A model generated the notes under the pieces. That model ran no database searches. It was not told where the DNA came from and saw nothing but the letters and a program-made list of their open reading frames with translations. The translations under genes were made by a program, and so were the position numbers. Shown here one piece after another: positions 35,570 through 49,262 of a DNA stretch of 64,000 nucleotides. This DNA comes from Eledone cirrhosa (Eukaryota). The stretch covers positions 7,068,001-7,132,000 of the forward strand of contig OZ024757.1 of NCBI GenBank assembly GCA_964016885.1, written 5' to 3'. Numbering within the stretch: the stretch's first letter is position 1; each line of letters starts with the position of its first letter.

Positions 35570-37531
35570 TTGGATTGAAAAATGTTTAGAGATTTTCAAA
35601 ATATCCCCCGTTGTCAGGAGGTTTTTGTCATTCAGTATGAGGACATGGAGAACAACACTCCTTTTGAATAGTGAAACAAAATCACTGGAAGCTGGAGAAG
35701 TTAACATTAATTGTGGAATTTTTCAGGGTGACTCTTTATCACCGCTTTTATTCTGCATCGCACTTATACCATTAAGTAAAATGCTCAATGAAACAAAACA
35801 TGGATATAGAGTCTATGACAAAACCATTAATCACCTGTTCTACATGGATGACCTGAAACTATTCGCAAAAAATGATGAACAATTGCAAGGGCTATTATCC
35901 ACTGTGAAGCAGTTCAGTGATGACATTAAAATGGAGTTTGGACTGGATAAATGCGCCAAAGCAACGTTCACCAGAGGAAAGCTGCTGAAGAGTTCAGACA
36001 TTAATCTTGATCGGGGGAACGTGATAAGAGAGCTTGATCAAGAACAAACTTACAAATATCTAGGTGTTTGTGAAGGAGACGGAATCAAGCACTCGACAAT
36101 GAGGGAAAGGATAAGGAAGGAATGTTACCGCAGAGTCAGAGCAATCTTAAGAACGGAATTGAATGCAAGGAATAGGATCGATGCCATAAACACGCTTGCC
36201 ATACCAGTAGTAACCTACAGTTACAATGTCATCAACTGGTCAAGCACAGAGATCCGTAGGCTCGATACAAAAATCCGAAAATTCTTAACCATGCACAGAA
36301 TGCATCACCCTAAGGCAGACATAGATAGAATATATCTCCCTAGGAAAGAAGGAGGACGTGGGTTAATCCAGTTAGACATTGCGTTGAAAACTGCAACAAT
36401 TGGATTATCCACATATCTAAGGGAATCACATGATTGGATGATCAAACTCGTTTTGAAACACGAAAGCACCAAAAGATCATATTCCATTACAAAAGATGCA
36501 CAAAGATACAGTAATGGACTACAAATTTCAGAAGTCCCATTTACTGCTGAAATGGAAAACACAGAAAAAGCAAAGCAGGTAAAAGTAACTGCAAAGAAAG
36601 AACTGCTACAGAAACTGGCTAAGAAATGGCAAGAAAAGCCTCTGTATGGAAAATACCCAGAGCGAGCTAACAATCCTGATGTTGACAAAACTTTAACCCA
36701 TCAGTGGTTGGCATCCTCTGGACTGAAATCGGAGACTGAAGGACTGATTATCTCCGCACAAGATCAGTGTCTGCCAACAAAAAATTACCAAGCCAACATA
36801 ATAAAAAATGGGTGCAGCCCATTATGCCGTGTATGCAAAAAACAACCAGAGACCATTGACCATATAATTTCAATGTGCAGTCCTATAGCTCCAACCGAAT
36901 ACCTAAACAGGCATGACAGAGCTGCACAATACATACATTGGATAATGTGTAAGCATTTTGACCTGCCCCATCAAAAGAATTGGTGGGAGCATCAACCACT
37001 TCCCATACTTGAAAAAGATCACATCTCAATCTTGTGGAACTTTAGCATCCAAACAGACCGAAAAATAGATGCAAATAGACCTGATATAATATTGAAGGAC
37101 TTTCAAAGGAGGGTATGCCTGCTAATTGATATGTCTGTTCCAATAGACAAGAATGTATCTATAAAAACATTTGAAAAATTGAGCAAGTATAAGGACCTGG
37201 AGATAGAAATTGGAAAAATGTGGAAATTGAGAACTAAAACAATACCAGTGGTTGTAGGCGCTCTGGGAATGATACCTAAGGGGTCTAACGACTACTTATC
37301 GCAAATCCCAGGAAACCCGCGTATAGGAGAAATACAAAAGATAGTACTAATGGGAACTGCCCATATACTAAGGAAGATCCTGTCAATATAAGTACATCAC
37401 AAGTCTAAACACTAAGGATGCATGTGTGAATATGTGTGTTCTTTCTTGAACATGGCGGACCTTGTTGTCTCTTGAGGTCACTGGTTGTGACTTGGTGATA
37501 ACTCGTATAAACATAAAGCAAGATAAATGCA
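35570..37531 (+). mobile_element. R4/Dong subfamily B, 5'-truncated, uninterrupted ORF, 72-bp TSD
   Basis: Open frame to 37391 with GIFQGDSLSP, FYMDD, CRVC..HIISMC, RHD, RPDIIL..IDMSVP. (AAT)n tail. 35501-35572 is identical to 37569-37640. Confidence 0.95.
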
Positions 37532-37570
<39 letters not shown>

Positions 37571-38492
37571 CCACCGAATCAAGTCCCATAAAATTTCGGA
37601 TCCATATTATATTGTTATATCGCTCAAATATTCAATTTTGTATTATATATTTTGTATTCAAAAAAGAAAATGGCTATAAATGGAAGAAAACACCCGCTGT
37701 CTACACCATATAGAACAGCCAAATAACAGCAATTTCACCAACACCAGAAACTTGATGCACCACCTACCCCATCACACTAAATATAACAGCCAGATAACGG
37801 CAATTTCACCACCACCACCACCAATCCCAGCATCATAATAATAATTACTATTATTATTGTCTCAATTACACTGGGTAATTGGTGGCCTTGTGCCTAAAAT
37901 AGAAACAATTATTATTGTCTCAAGTTTTAACAAAATGTTTAATTCCAATTTAACGGGAATATGTCAACACAATATATATTAAACATACGCGACACAAACT
38001 CATAGATACTACATATCACAAAACTCAGTAACGACAACGCCACCGCCGCCACCACTCCATCCATCATTGCTACCACTATCCCATCACCGCCGCCACCACT
38101 CCTTCATTGCTACCACCACTATTCCCCTGTTAACTTGAGAGAGAAAGGGGAAGGTGGCGGTATCACTTGACAAGGGAGAGGCTAGCAAAAGATATAAATA
38201 GATTGACTTAGTGACCGGCCAAACGTCAACATCAACAACTATGGCACTGCTGGCTCACCCCTTCTTCACCAACAATATAAAAAGCCCCAGCACCCCCACC
38301 GACATAGCCAACAACAATAACAGGCAACTTCAGCAAAAAGTATATTATATTATTGTAATGCACTGGGTGATTGCTGGCCTTGTGCCTGGAGTGGAGACAA
38401 TTATTAATAATTTCATTCTTAAGCCACGCAATGCTCACATTAAGGAACCACTCATGATAATAACAATTTAAAAAAAAACAACAAAAAGAAAA

Positions 38493-41400
38493 CCCCGTGA
38501 CCAAGAAATACCGGGATGGCGGCCGGCGGGGAATAGCCGTGTCTCTAGGGGAGAACGACCCCTCTAGTCTTGGTTGACACTCGTTCTAGAAGTGGTAACA
38601 CGAAATGATTACCCCTTGGCGGATAAGGATAAAACGCGACAAAATAAAGTAAATGTCTAATGATAAAATCTCATACCGGATCGGCCGTCACCCGGTTAAA
38701 AAAGGGCCGCGTCCCTCAGAGAGGAACCAGACTGGGGTCGAAAAATCAGCTAATGGTTCCAACCTTCCCATCACTTCGGAGCTGGAAACCTCCCATAACC
38801 GGAATACTCCTACTGTTGGCCCTCTATGCTGACCACCAAGAAATCCAAAGAAAAAGAGAGAGAAATGGTCAAGGGAAGATAATAAAGAAGTCCTTGAGGC
38901 TTTCTACACTGCCATGTACTACCCATCAAATACATCGAATACAGAACAGACATATATATCAACTGGAAAAAGAAACATCCCGAAAACAGAGGCTATATTG
39001 ACAGTAACAAACTAGCCAATATACGAAGAATATTGTAAGAAAAAAGTTACTAACTGATATTGAAATTGATCAGATCAAGCTATTAGCACAAAGTCAGCGA
39101 AGGGAAAATGAAACATGTGTCAGTAAAAACGAGGTAAATTGTAACACTTCAAATCCCAGGGTTGGGGTGGAATCACTGGCAACAGAACAAATTAAAGAAA
39201 GGATCGAAAAAGTGGAGGGACTGCATGCTCAAGATGAAACTCCAAATGAAAATAATGAGATCGTAAATGATAAAGAAATGAATGAGAACGAACTTACCAA
39301 CTTGAAGGATGAAATTATGATCGAATGGATGAAAATGAAAGAATCTGACATGGGGCAACGAGACACCCTCCCTAAGATCCAGAACTCCAAACAGAACCAA
39401 ACGATAATACACAAGACTAACATAATTCTCAAAAACATTATCATCACAAACAAACTAAACATTACTGATTTAAATCATCTCTATTATGCATCGGCTAAAG
39501 TCACCACTCACTTATGTGGAGTGAAAATGAAAAAACAAAGGAATTCAATCGCCAAATAAACCTTCTCCGATCTGACATAGAAATGTTAACAAACTATAAA
39601 GTAGGTGAACATGTTAAACAAACTAAACTTAGAAAATTGAAAAAGAAGTACAGTATAAAATCAACAAGTGACAAAGACATGCTGATAGAAATAATCAAGC
39701 AAAAAGTGTCGGCCAAAGCTGCTCGTATAAGGCGCTTTGAAAAACGATCTAGATTCTATAAGGACAATAATATGTTCAAAAACAACCAAAGAAATTTCTA
39801 CAGAAAAATTGGTAAGTCAACAATAACTGCTAAATCAATACCACCCAAGGAGGAAGTGCAAACATTCTGGGAAAAGATCTGGGCCGAAGAAAAAGTTCAT
39901 AACATACATGCCCCATGGATAGACAGACAAATGAATGATACAGCTCACCTTGAGGAACAAATATGGGAAAATATAACAGTTGAACAGCTGCGCTTGGCTC
40001 TAAGAAAAACCAGCAAATGGAAATCCCCAGGAAAAGACAAAATACAAAACTTTTGGATAAATGCCTTCACAGAGTCTCGTGAGCTGTTAGCCCAAATTTA
40101 CAATAAAATAGTTAAGGAGCCAGAAAAGATACCATGATGGCTAGTTAACGGCATTACATTCCTGCTTCCGAAGAATGATGAGACAAACAATCCCCAAAAT
40201 TACAGACCGATAACTTGCTTGACCACAATGTATAAAATTTTAAAATCAGTCCTAACTGAATACACATATGACCACCTGATAACAAATGACCTATTTCCCA
40301 TTGAGCAGAAAGGGTGTAAACGAGGCTCATATGGCTGTAAGGATCAGCTTCTGGTTAACAAAATGATACTGGAAGATTGTCCTAATAGACACAAAAATCT
40401 ATCGATTGCTTGGATAGATTATAAAAAAGCATTCGATAGTTTGCCACACAGTTGGATTGAAAAATGTTTAGAGCTTTTCAAAATATTTCCCGTTGTCAGG
40501 AGGTTTTTGTCATTCAGTATGAAGACATGGAAAACGACACTCTTTTTGAATAGTGAAACAAAATCACTGGAAGCTGGAGAAGTTAATATTAATTGTGGAA
40601 TTTTTCAGGGTGACTCTTTATCACCGCTTTTATTCTGCATCGCACTTATACCATTAAGTAAAATGCTCAATGAAACAAAACATGGATATAAAGTCTATGA
40701 CAAAACCATTAATCACTTGTTCTACATGGATGACCTGAAACTATTTGCAAAAAATGATGAACAATTGCAAGGGCTATTATCCACTGTGGAGCAGTTCAGT
40801 GATGACATTAAAATGGACTTTGGACTAGATAAATGCGCCAATGCAACGTTCACCAGAGGAAAGCTGCTGAAGAGTTCAGACATTAATCTTGATCGGGGGA
40901 ACGTGATAAGAGAACTTGATCAAGAAAAAACTTACAAATATCTAGGTGTTTGTGAAGGAGACGGAATCAAGCACTCGACAATGAGGGAAAGGATAAGGAA
41001 GGAATGTTACCTCAGAGTAAGAGCAATCTTAAGAACGGAATTGAATGCAAGGAATAGGATCGATGCCATAAGCACGCTTGCCATACCAGTAGTAACCTAC
41101 AGTTACAATGTCATCAACTGGTCAAACACAGAGATCCGTAGGCTCGATACAAAAATTCGAAAATTCTTAACCATGCACAGAATGCATCACCCTAAGGCAG
41201 ATATAGATAGAATATATCTCCCCAGGAAAGGAGGACGTGGGTTAATCCAGTTAGACATTGCGTTGAAAACTGCAACAATTGGATTATCTACATATCTAAG
41301 GGAATCACATGATTGGATGATCAAACTCGTTTTGAAACACGAAAGCATCACAAGATCATATTCTCATTACAAAAGATGCACAAAGATACAATAATGAACT

Positions 41401-42149
41401 ACAAATTTCAGAAGTCCCATTTACTGCTGAAATGGAAAACACAGAAAAAGCAAAGCAGGTAAAAGTAACTGCAAAGAAAGAACTGCTACAGAAACTGGCT
41501 AAGAAATGGCAAGAAAAGCCTCTGTTTGGAAAATACCCAGAGCGAGCTAACAATCCTGATGTTGACAAAATTTTAACTCATCAGTGGTTGGCATCCTCTG
41601 GACTGAAATCGGAGACTAATTATATCAGCACAAGATCAGTGTCTGCCAACAAAAAATTACCAAGCCAACATAATAAAAAATGGATGCAGCCCATTATGCC
41701 GTGTATGCAAAAAACAACCAGAGACCATTGACTATATAATTTCAATGTGCAGTCCTATAGCTCCAACCGAATACCTAATGAGGCATGACAGAGCTGCACA
41801 ATACATACATTGGATAATGTGTAAGCATTTTGACCTGCCCCATCAAAAGAAATGGTGGGAGCATCAACCACCTCCCATACTTGAAAAAGATCACATCTCA
41901 ATCTTGTGGAACTTTAGCATCCAAACAGACCGAAAAATAGATGCAAATAGACCTGATATAATATTGAAGGAATTTCAAAGGAGGGTATGCCTGCTAATTG
42001 ATATGTCTGTTCCAATAGACAAGAATGTTTCTATAAAAACATTTGAAAAATTGAGCAAGTATAAGGACCTGGAGATAGAAATTGGAAAAATGTGGAAATT
42101 GAGAACTAAACCAATACCTGTGGTTGTTGGCGCTCTGGGAATGATACCT
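38493..42149 (+). mobile_element. R4/Dong subfamily B, 5'-complete, 3' end cut at duplication junction
   Basis: Frameshifted ORF from ~38652. RT in 40219-41394. Ends at GGAATGATACCT fused to Tx1 sequence. Confidence 0.9.
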
Positions 42150-43517
42150 TCTATTGTTGCTGCTACAGTTGTTGCTGCCATTTCTGCTGCTGGTGGTGTT
42201 GATGGTTGAGCCACTGGGGTGGGTAAGAGAGGTGGCCTCAACTTTTTAACCTGAGGGCAGAAAGCCCTTAGGTTGGTTCCTTCACCACAAACGACACACC
42301 TAGGCCTTATACCCTCGACGATTACGGTGAGGTAGCTGCCGTCAGTGAGATCTATTACCTCTGGGATTTCCTGAATGCTTTTTTGGTCCGCTTGGATCAG
42401 GAGCTCCATCCCAGATCCGGACCAGTTCTCCTGCTTTTCATTTTGCTATTTCGATTATTTTAGTTTTGGCCTCGATGTCGGCGAGGACGGCAGCCATTAC
42501 CCAGGAAATTTCGATGGCTGGTGGAACGTGGATCACCCTGATCTTTACGAGTCTCTGGCCACAATAGTTTGGGACGAGTGTGAAGTCGTCGCTTCTTAAT
42601 GGGGCCATGGAGTACTCTCTGGCCTCCTGTGGTGTTCCAAAGAACACGTCCACGATTCCATATTTCTGCCCACGTCTGATGTGGGTTTTTTTGCCCACAC
42701 ATGTCCCAAAGCTTTTTGGATTTGGGACTCTGATGCCCGTTCCACTTGGCGCGATTTTATGTTAATCGTCCGATAAGACACGATGCATAGGCGCCGATGC
42801 TCCATTTCTATTAGGTGGGGGGCTGAACCTGTACCCATCTTTCTTTACCATTCTCTTGGTTTCATCTAATTCTTCCTGAGTTACCTCGATTGTTTCGCAT
42901 TTTTTGGCTGCTTTGGCAAACGACACGGTGGTGTTGATGTGTTTGTTGTTATTCTCATTGTTGTTGTTGCTCTTGTTGTTATTGTTATTTTTATTATTGT
43001 TATTTTTAGTTTCAGTTGTGGAGGTGGTGGTGGCGTCAGTGGTGTTCGGTGTGGAAGAGTCGATTCTAGCTGAATCCATTTCGATGTCACGAGATAATTT
43101 TTTTTTGTTTCTGTTATCGCTGTGGTGGTGGTGGGGGTGGCGGCTTCAACACCTGCAGTCAGTGGTAATGGCGGGAAATGAATGTATGCATGAGACAAAT
43201 TTAATTTATTGCTACTGCTTATATTTTTAGTGTTGGCAAACGTAGTAATATTTACAATGGTGGTGTCGGTGTGAGGTGTTAATTTGTGAGGAAGGCTCTC
43301 AGCCAGGTGTAGCTGTGAGTCGTCCATGTTTTTTTCAAACTAATTTTTTGTTTGATAATTATAAAAGTTTAAATTTTGGGCTCAAGGCCCCAATCTTTTT
43401 GAGTGCCCTTTTCCGAGAGCAAATTATGTGACCTTATAAACACCTAACAACAATAATTTTCCATAAATGGCAATTTGAAACAACTGAAAACAACAAACCT
43501 TTGCGGAGCTCACGATG
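42148..43517 (-). mobile_element. Duplicated 5' part (5' UTR + ORF1 N-half) of the Tx1 at 29661-35430
   Basis: Near-identical to 34062-35431 at a constant offset of 8086. Confidence 0.95.
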
Positions 43518-43585
<68 letters not shown>

Positions 43586-46500
43586 CCACCGAATCAAGTC
43601 CCATAAAATTTCGGATCCATATTATATTGTTATATCGCTCAAATATTCAATTTTGTATTATATATTTTGTATTCAAAAAAGAAAATGGCTATAAATGGAA
43701 GAAAACACCCTCTGTCTACACCATATAGAACAGCCAAATAACAGCAATTTCACCAACACCAGAAACTTGATGCACCACCTACCCCATCACACTAAATATA
43801 ACAGCCAGATAACGGCAATTTCACCACCACCACCACCAATCCCAGCATCATAATAATAATTACTATTATTATTGTCTCAATTGCACTGGGTAATTGGTGG
43901 CCTTGTGCCTAAAATAGAAACAATTATTATTGTCTCAAGTTTTAACAAAATGTTTAATTCCAATTTAACGGGAATATGTCAACACAATATATATTAAACA
44001 TACGCGACACAAACTCATAGATACTACATATCACAAAACTCAGTAACGACAACGCCACCGCCGCCACCACTCCATCCATCATTGCTACCACTATCCCATC
44101 ACCGCCGCCACCACTCCTTCATTGCTACCACCACTATTCCCCTGTTAACTTGAGAGAGAAAGGGGAAGGTGGCGGTATCACTTGACAAGGGAGAGGCTAG
44201 CAAAAGATATAAATAGATTGACTTAGTGACCTGGCCACCGGCCAAACGTCAACATCAACAACTATGGCACTGCTGGCTCACCCCTTCCTCACCAACAATA
44301 TAAAAAGCCCCAGCACCCCCACCGACATAGCCAACAACAATAACAGGCAACTTCAGCAAAAAGTATATTATATTATTGTAATGCACTGGGTGATTGCTGG
44401 CCTTGTGCCTGGAGTGGAGACAATTATTAATAATTTCATTCTTAAGCCACGCAATGCTCACATTAAGGAACCACTCATGATAATAACAATTTTAAAAAAA
44501 ACAACAAAAAGAAAACCCCGTGACCAAGAAATACCGGGATGGCGGCCGGCGGGGAATAGCCGTGTCTCTAGGGGATAACGACCCCTCTAGTCTTGGTTGA
44601 CACTCGTTCTAGAAGTGGTAACACGAAATGATTACCCCTTGGAGGATAAGGATAAAACGCGACAAAATAAAGTAAATATCTAATGATAAAATCTCATACC
44701 GGATCGGCCGTCACCCGGGTAAAAAAGGGCCGCGTCCCTCAGAGAGGAACCAGACTGGGGTCGAAAAATCAGCTAATGGTTCCAACCTTCCCATCACTTC
44801 GGAGCTGGAGACCTCCCATAACCGGAATACTCCTACTGTTGGCCCTCTATGCTCACCACCAAGAAATCCAAAGAAAAAGAGAGAAAAATGGTCAAGGGAA
44901 GATAATAAAGAAGTCCTTGAGGCTTTCTACACTGCCATGTACTACCCATCAAATACATCGAATACAGAACAGACATATATATCAACTGGAAAAAGAAACA
45001 TCCCGAAAACAGAGGCTATATTGACAGTAACAAACTAGCCAATATACGAAGAATATTGTAAGAAAAAAGTTATTAACTGATATAGAAATTGATCAGATCA
45101 AGCTATTAGCACAAAGTCAGCGAAGGGAAAATGAAACATGTGTCAGTGAAAACGAGGTAAATTGTAACACTTCGAATCCCAGGGTTGGGGTGGAATCACT
45201 GGCAACAGAACAAATTAAAGAAAGGATCGAAAAAGTGGAGGGACTGCATGCTCAAGATGAAACTCCAAATGAAAATAATGAGATCGTAAATGATAAAGAA
45301 ATGAATGAGAACGAACTTGCCAACTTGAAGGATGAAATTATGATCGAATAGATGAAAATGAAAGAATCTGACATGGGGCAACGAGACACCCTCCCTAAGA
45401 TCCAGAACTCCAAACAGAACCAAACGATAATACACAAGACTAACATAATTCTCAAAAACATTATCATCACAAACAAACTAAACATTACTGATTTAAATCA
45501 TCTCTATTATGCATCGGCTAAAGTCACCACTCACTTATGTGTAGTGAAAATGAAAAAACAACGGAATTCCATCGCCAAATAAACCTTCTCCGATCTGACA
45601 TAGAAATGTTAACAAACTATAAAGTAGGTGAACATGTTAAACAAACTAAACTTAGAAAATTGAAAAAGAAGTACAGTATAAAATCAACAAGTGACAAAGA
45701 CATGCTGATAGAAATAATCAAGCAAAAAGTGTCGGCCAGAGCTGCTCGTATAAGGCGCTTTGAAAAACGATCTAGATTCTATAAGGACAATAATATGTTC
45801 AAAAACAACCAAAGAAATTTCTACAGAAAAATTGGTAAGTCAACAATAACTGCTAAATCAATACCACCCAAGGAGGAAGTGCAAACATTCTGGGAAAAGA
45901 TCTGGGCCGAAGAAAAAGTTCATAACATACATGCCCCATGGATAGACAGACAAATGAATGATACAGCTCACCTTGAGGAACAATATGGGAAAATATAACA
46001 TTTGAACAGCTGCGCTTGGCTCTAAGAAAAACCAGCAAATGGAAATCCCCAGGAAAAGACAAAATACAAAACTTTTGGATAAATGCCTTCACAGAGTCTC
46101 ATGAGCTGTTAGCCCAACTTTACAATAAAATAGTTAAGGAGCCAGAAAATATACCATGATGGCTAGTTAACGGCATTACATTCCTGCTTCCGAAGAATGA
46201 TGAGACAAACAATCCCCAAAATTACAGACCGATAACTTGCTTGACCACAATGTATAAAATTTTAAAATCAGTCCTAACTGAATACACATATGACCACCTG
46301 ATAACAAATGACCTATTTCCCATTGAGCAGAAAGGGTGTAAACGAGGCTCATATGGCTGTAAGGATCAGCTTCTGGTTAACAAAATGATACTGGAAGATT
46401 GTCCTAATAGATACAAAAATCTATCGATTGCTTGGATAGATTATAAAAAAGCATTCGATAGTTTGCCACACAGTTGGATTGAAAAATGTTTAGAGCTTTT

Positions 46501-48181
46501 CAAAATATTTCCCGTTGTCAGGAGGTTTTTGTCATTCAGTATGAAGACATGGAAAACGACACTCTTTTTGAATAGTGAAACAAAATCACTGGAAGCTGGA
46601 GAAGTTAATATTAATTGCGGAATTTTTCAGGGTGACTCTTTATCACCGCTTTTATTCTGCATCGCACTTATACCATTAAGTAAAATGCTCAATGAAACAA
46701 AACATGGATATAAAGTCTATGACAAAACCATTAATCACTTGTTCTACATGGATGACCTGAAACTATTTGCAAAAAATGATGAACAATTGCAAGGGCTATT
46801 ATCCACTGTGGAGCAGTTCAGTGATGACATTAAAATGGAGTTTGGACTAGATAAATACGCCAATGCAACGTTCACCAGAGGAAAGCTGCTGAAGAGTTCA
46901 GACATTAATCTTGATCGGGGGAACGTGATAAGAGAACTTGATCAAGAAAAAACTTACAAATATCTAGGTGTTTGTGAAGGAGACGGAATCAAGCACTCGA
47001 CAATGAGGGAAAGGATAAGGAAGGAATGTTACCTCAGAGTAAGAGCAATCTTAAGAACGGAATTGAATGCAAGGAATAGGATCGATGCCATAAACACGCT
47101 TGCCATACCAGTAGTAACCTACAGTTACAATGTCATCAACTGGTCAAACACAGAGATCCGTAGGCTCGATACAAAAATTCGAAAATTCTTAACCATGCAC
47201 AGAATGCATCACCCTAAGGCAGATATAGATAGAATATATCTCCCTAGGAAAGAAGGAGGACGTGGGTTAATCCAGTTAGACATTGCGTTGAAAACTGCAA
47301 CAATTGGATTATCTACATATCTAAGGGAATCACATGATTGGATGATCAAACTCGTTTTGAAACACGAAAGCATCACAAGATCATATTCTCATTACAAAAG
47401 ATGCACAAAGATACAATAATGAACTACAAATTTCAGAAGTCCCATTTACTGCTGAAATAGAAAACACAGAAAAAGCAAAGCAGGTAAAAGTAACTGCAAA
47501 GAAAGAACTGCTACAGAAACTGGCTAAGAAATGGCAAGAAAAGCCTCTGTTTGGAAAATACCCATAGCGAGCTAACAATCCTGATGTTGACAAAACTTTA
47601 ACCCATCAGTGGTTGGCATCCTCTGGACTGAAATCGGAGACTGAAGGACTAATTATATCAGCACAAGATCAGTGTCTGCCAACAAAAAATTACCAAGCCA
47701 ACATAATAAAAAATGGATGCAGCCCATTATGCCGTGTATGAAAAAACAACCAGAGACCATTGACCATATAATTTCAATGTGCAGTCCTATAGCTCCAACC
47801 GAATACCTAATGAGGCATGACAGAGCTGCACAATACATACATTGGATAATGTGTAAGCATTTTGACCTGCCCCATCAAAAGAATTGGTGGGAGCATCAAC
47901 CACCTCCCATACTTGAAAAAGATCACATCTCAATCTTGTGGAACTTTAGCATCCAAACAGACCGAAAAATAGATGCAAATAGACCTGATATAATATTGAA
48001 GGAATTTCAAAAGAGGGTATGCCTGCTAATTGATATGTCTGTTCCAATAGACAAGAATGTTTCTATAAAAACATTTGAAAAATTGAGCAAGTATAAGGAC
48101 CTGGAGATAGAAATTGGAAAAATGTGGAAATTGAGAACTAAACCAATACCTGTGGTTGTTGGCGCTCTGGGAATGATACCT
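42148..48181. repeat. ~6-kb tandem segmental duplication of 34062-42149
   Basis: Colinear near-identity, except that the first copy carries the extra Dong B insertion (35573-37640). 2-bp CT microhomology at the junction. Confidence 0.9.
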
Positions 48182-48435
48182 AAGGGGTCTAATGATTACT
48201 TATCGCAAATCCCAGAAAACCCGCGTATAGGAGAAATACAAAAGATAGTACTAATGGAAACTGCCCATATACTAAGGAAGATTCTGTCAATATAAGTACA
48301 TCACAAGTCTAAACACTAAAGATGCATGTGTGAATATGTATGTTCTTTCTTGAACATGGCGGACCTTGTTGTCTCTTGAGGTCACTGGTTGTGACTTGGT
48401 GATAACTCGTATGAACATAAAGCAAGATAAATGCA
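44516..48435 (+). mobile_element. R4/Dong subfamily B, full length, degraded
   Basis: Paralogue of 38493-42149 sharing its disabling changes. Complete 3' UTR followed by (AAT)n. Confidence 0.9.
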
Positions 48436-48458
48436 ACTGTAATAATAATAATAATAAT

Positions 48459-48739
48459 GGTTTCTACTTTTGGCACAAGGCTAGCAACTATCAATGCATT
48501 ACTGGTACTTTATTCTATCGACCCTGGAAGGTTGAAAGGCAAAGTTAACCTCGGCGGGATAACTTAGGCACAAGGCCAGAAATTACCCAGTGTATTACTG
48601 GTACTTTATTTTATCGACCCCGTAAGGATGAAAGGCAAAGTTAACCTCGGCGGGATTGGAACTCAGAATGGCAATGGCCGTAACTCTATACCTCAAAGCA
48701 TAGCGTCCGATCCTCTACCGATAATGCCAATCCACCGCC
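48459..48739 (-). mobile_element. tRNA-derived SINE with duplicated 3' half, inserted in (AAT)n
   Basis: Minus strand GGCGGTGGATTGGCATTATCGG..GAGTTCCAATCCCGCCGAGGTTAACTTTGCCTTTCA..GGCCTTGTGCC, then a second CCCGCCGAGG..GCCTTGTGCC unit and an (ATT)n tail. Confidence 0.85.
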
Positions 48740-48789
<50 letters not shown>

Positions 48790-48794
<5 letters not shown>

Positions 48795-49262
48795 TAGATG
48801 CAAATAGACCTGATATAATATTGAAGGACTTTCAAAGGAGGGTAAGCCTGCTAATTGATATGTCTGTTCCAATAGACAAGAATGTATCTATAAAAACATT
48901 TGAAAAATTGAGCAAGTATAAGGACCTGGAGATAGAAATTGGAAAAATGTGGAAATTGAGAACTAAAACAATACCAGTGGTTGTAGGCGCTCTGGGAATG
49001 ATACCTAAGGGGTCTAACGACTACTTATCGCAAATCCCAGGAAACCCGCGTATAGGAGAAATACAAAAGATAGTACTAATGGGAACTGCCCATATACTAA
49101 GGAAGATATCCTGTCAATATAAGTACATCACAAGTCTAAACACTAAGGATGCATGTGTGAATATGTGTGTTCTTTCTTGAACATGGCGGACCTTGTTGTC
49201 TCTTGAGGTCACTGGTTGTGACTTGGTGATAACTCGTATAAACATAAAGCAAGATAAATGCA
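48790..49262 (+). mobile_element. R4/Dong subfamily B short 3' fragment between (AAT)n tracts
   Basis: RPDIILKDF..IDMSVP..; shares diagnostic residues (KTIP, IPGNP, MGTA) with the copy at 35570. Confidence 0.9.
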
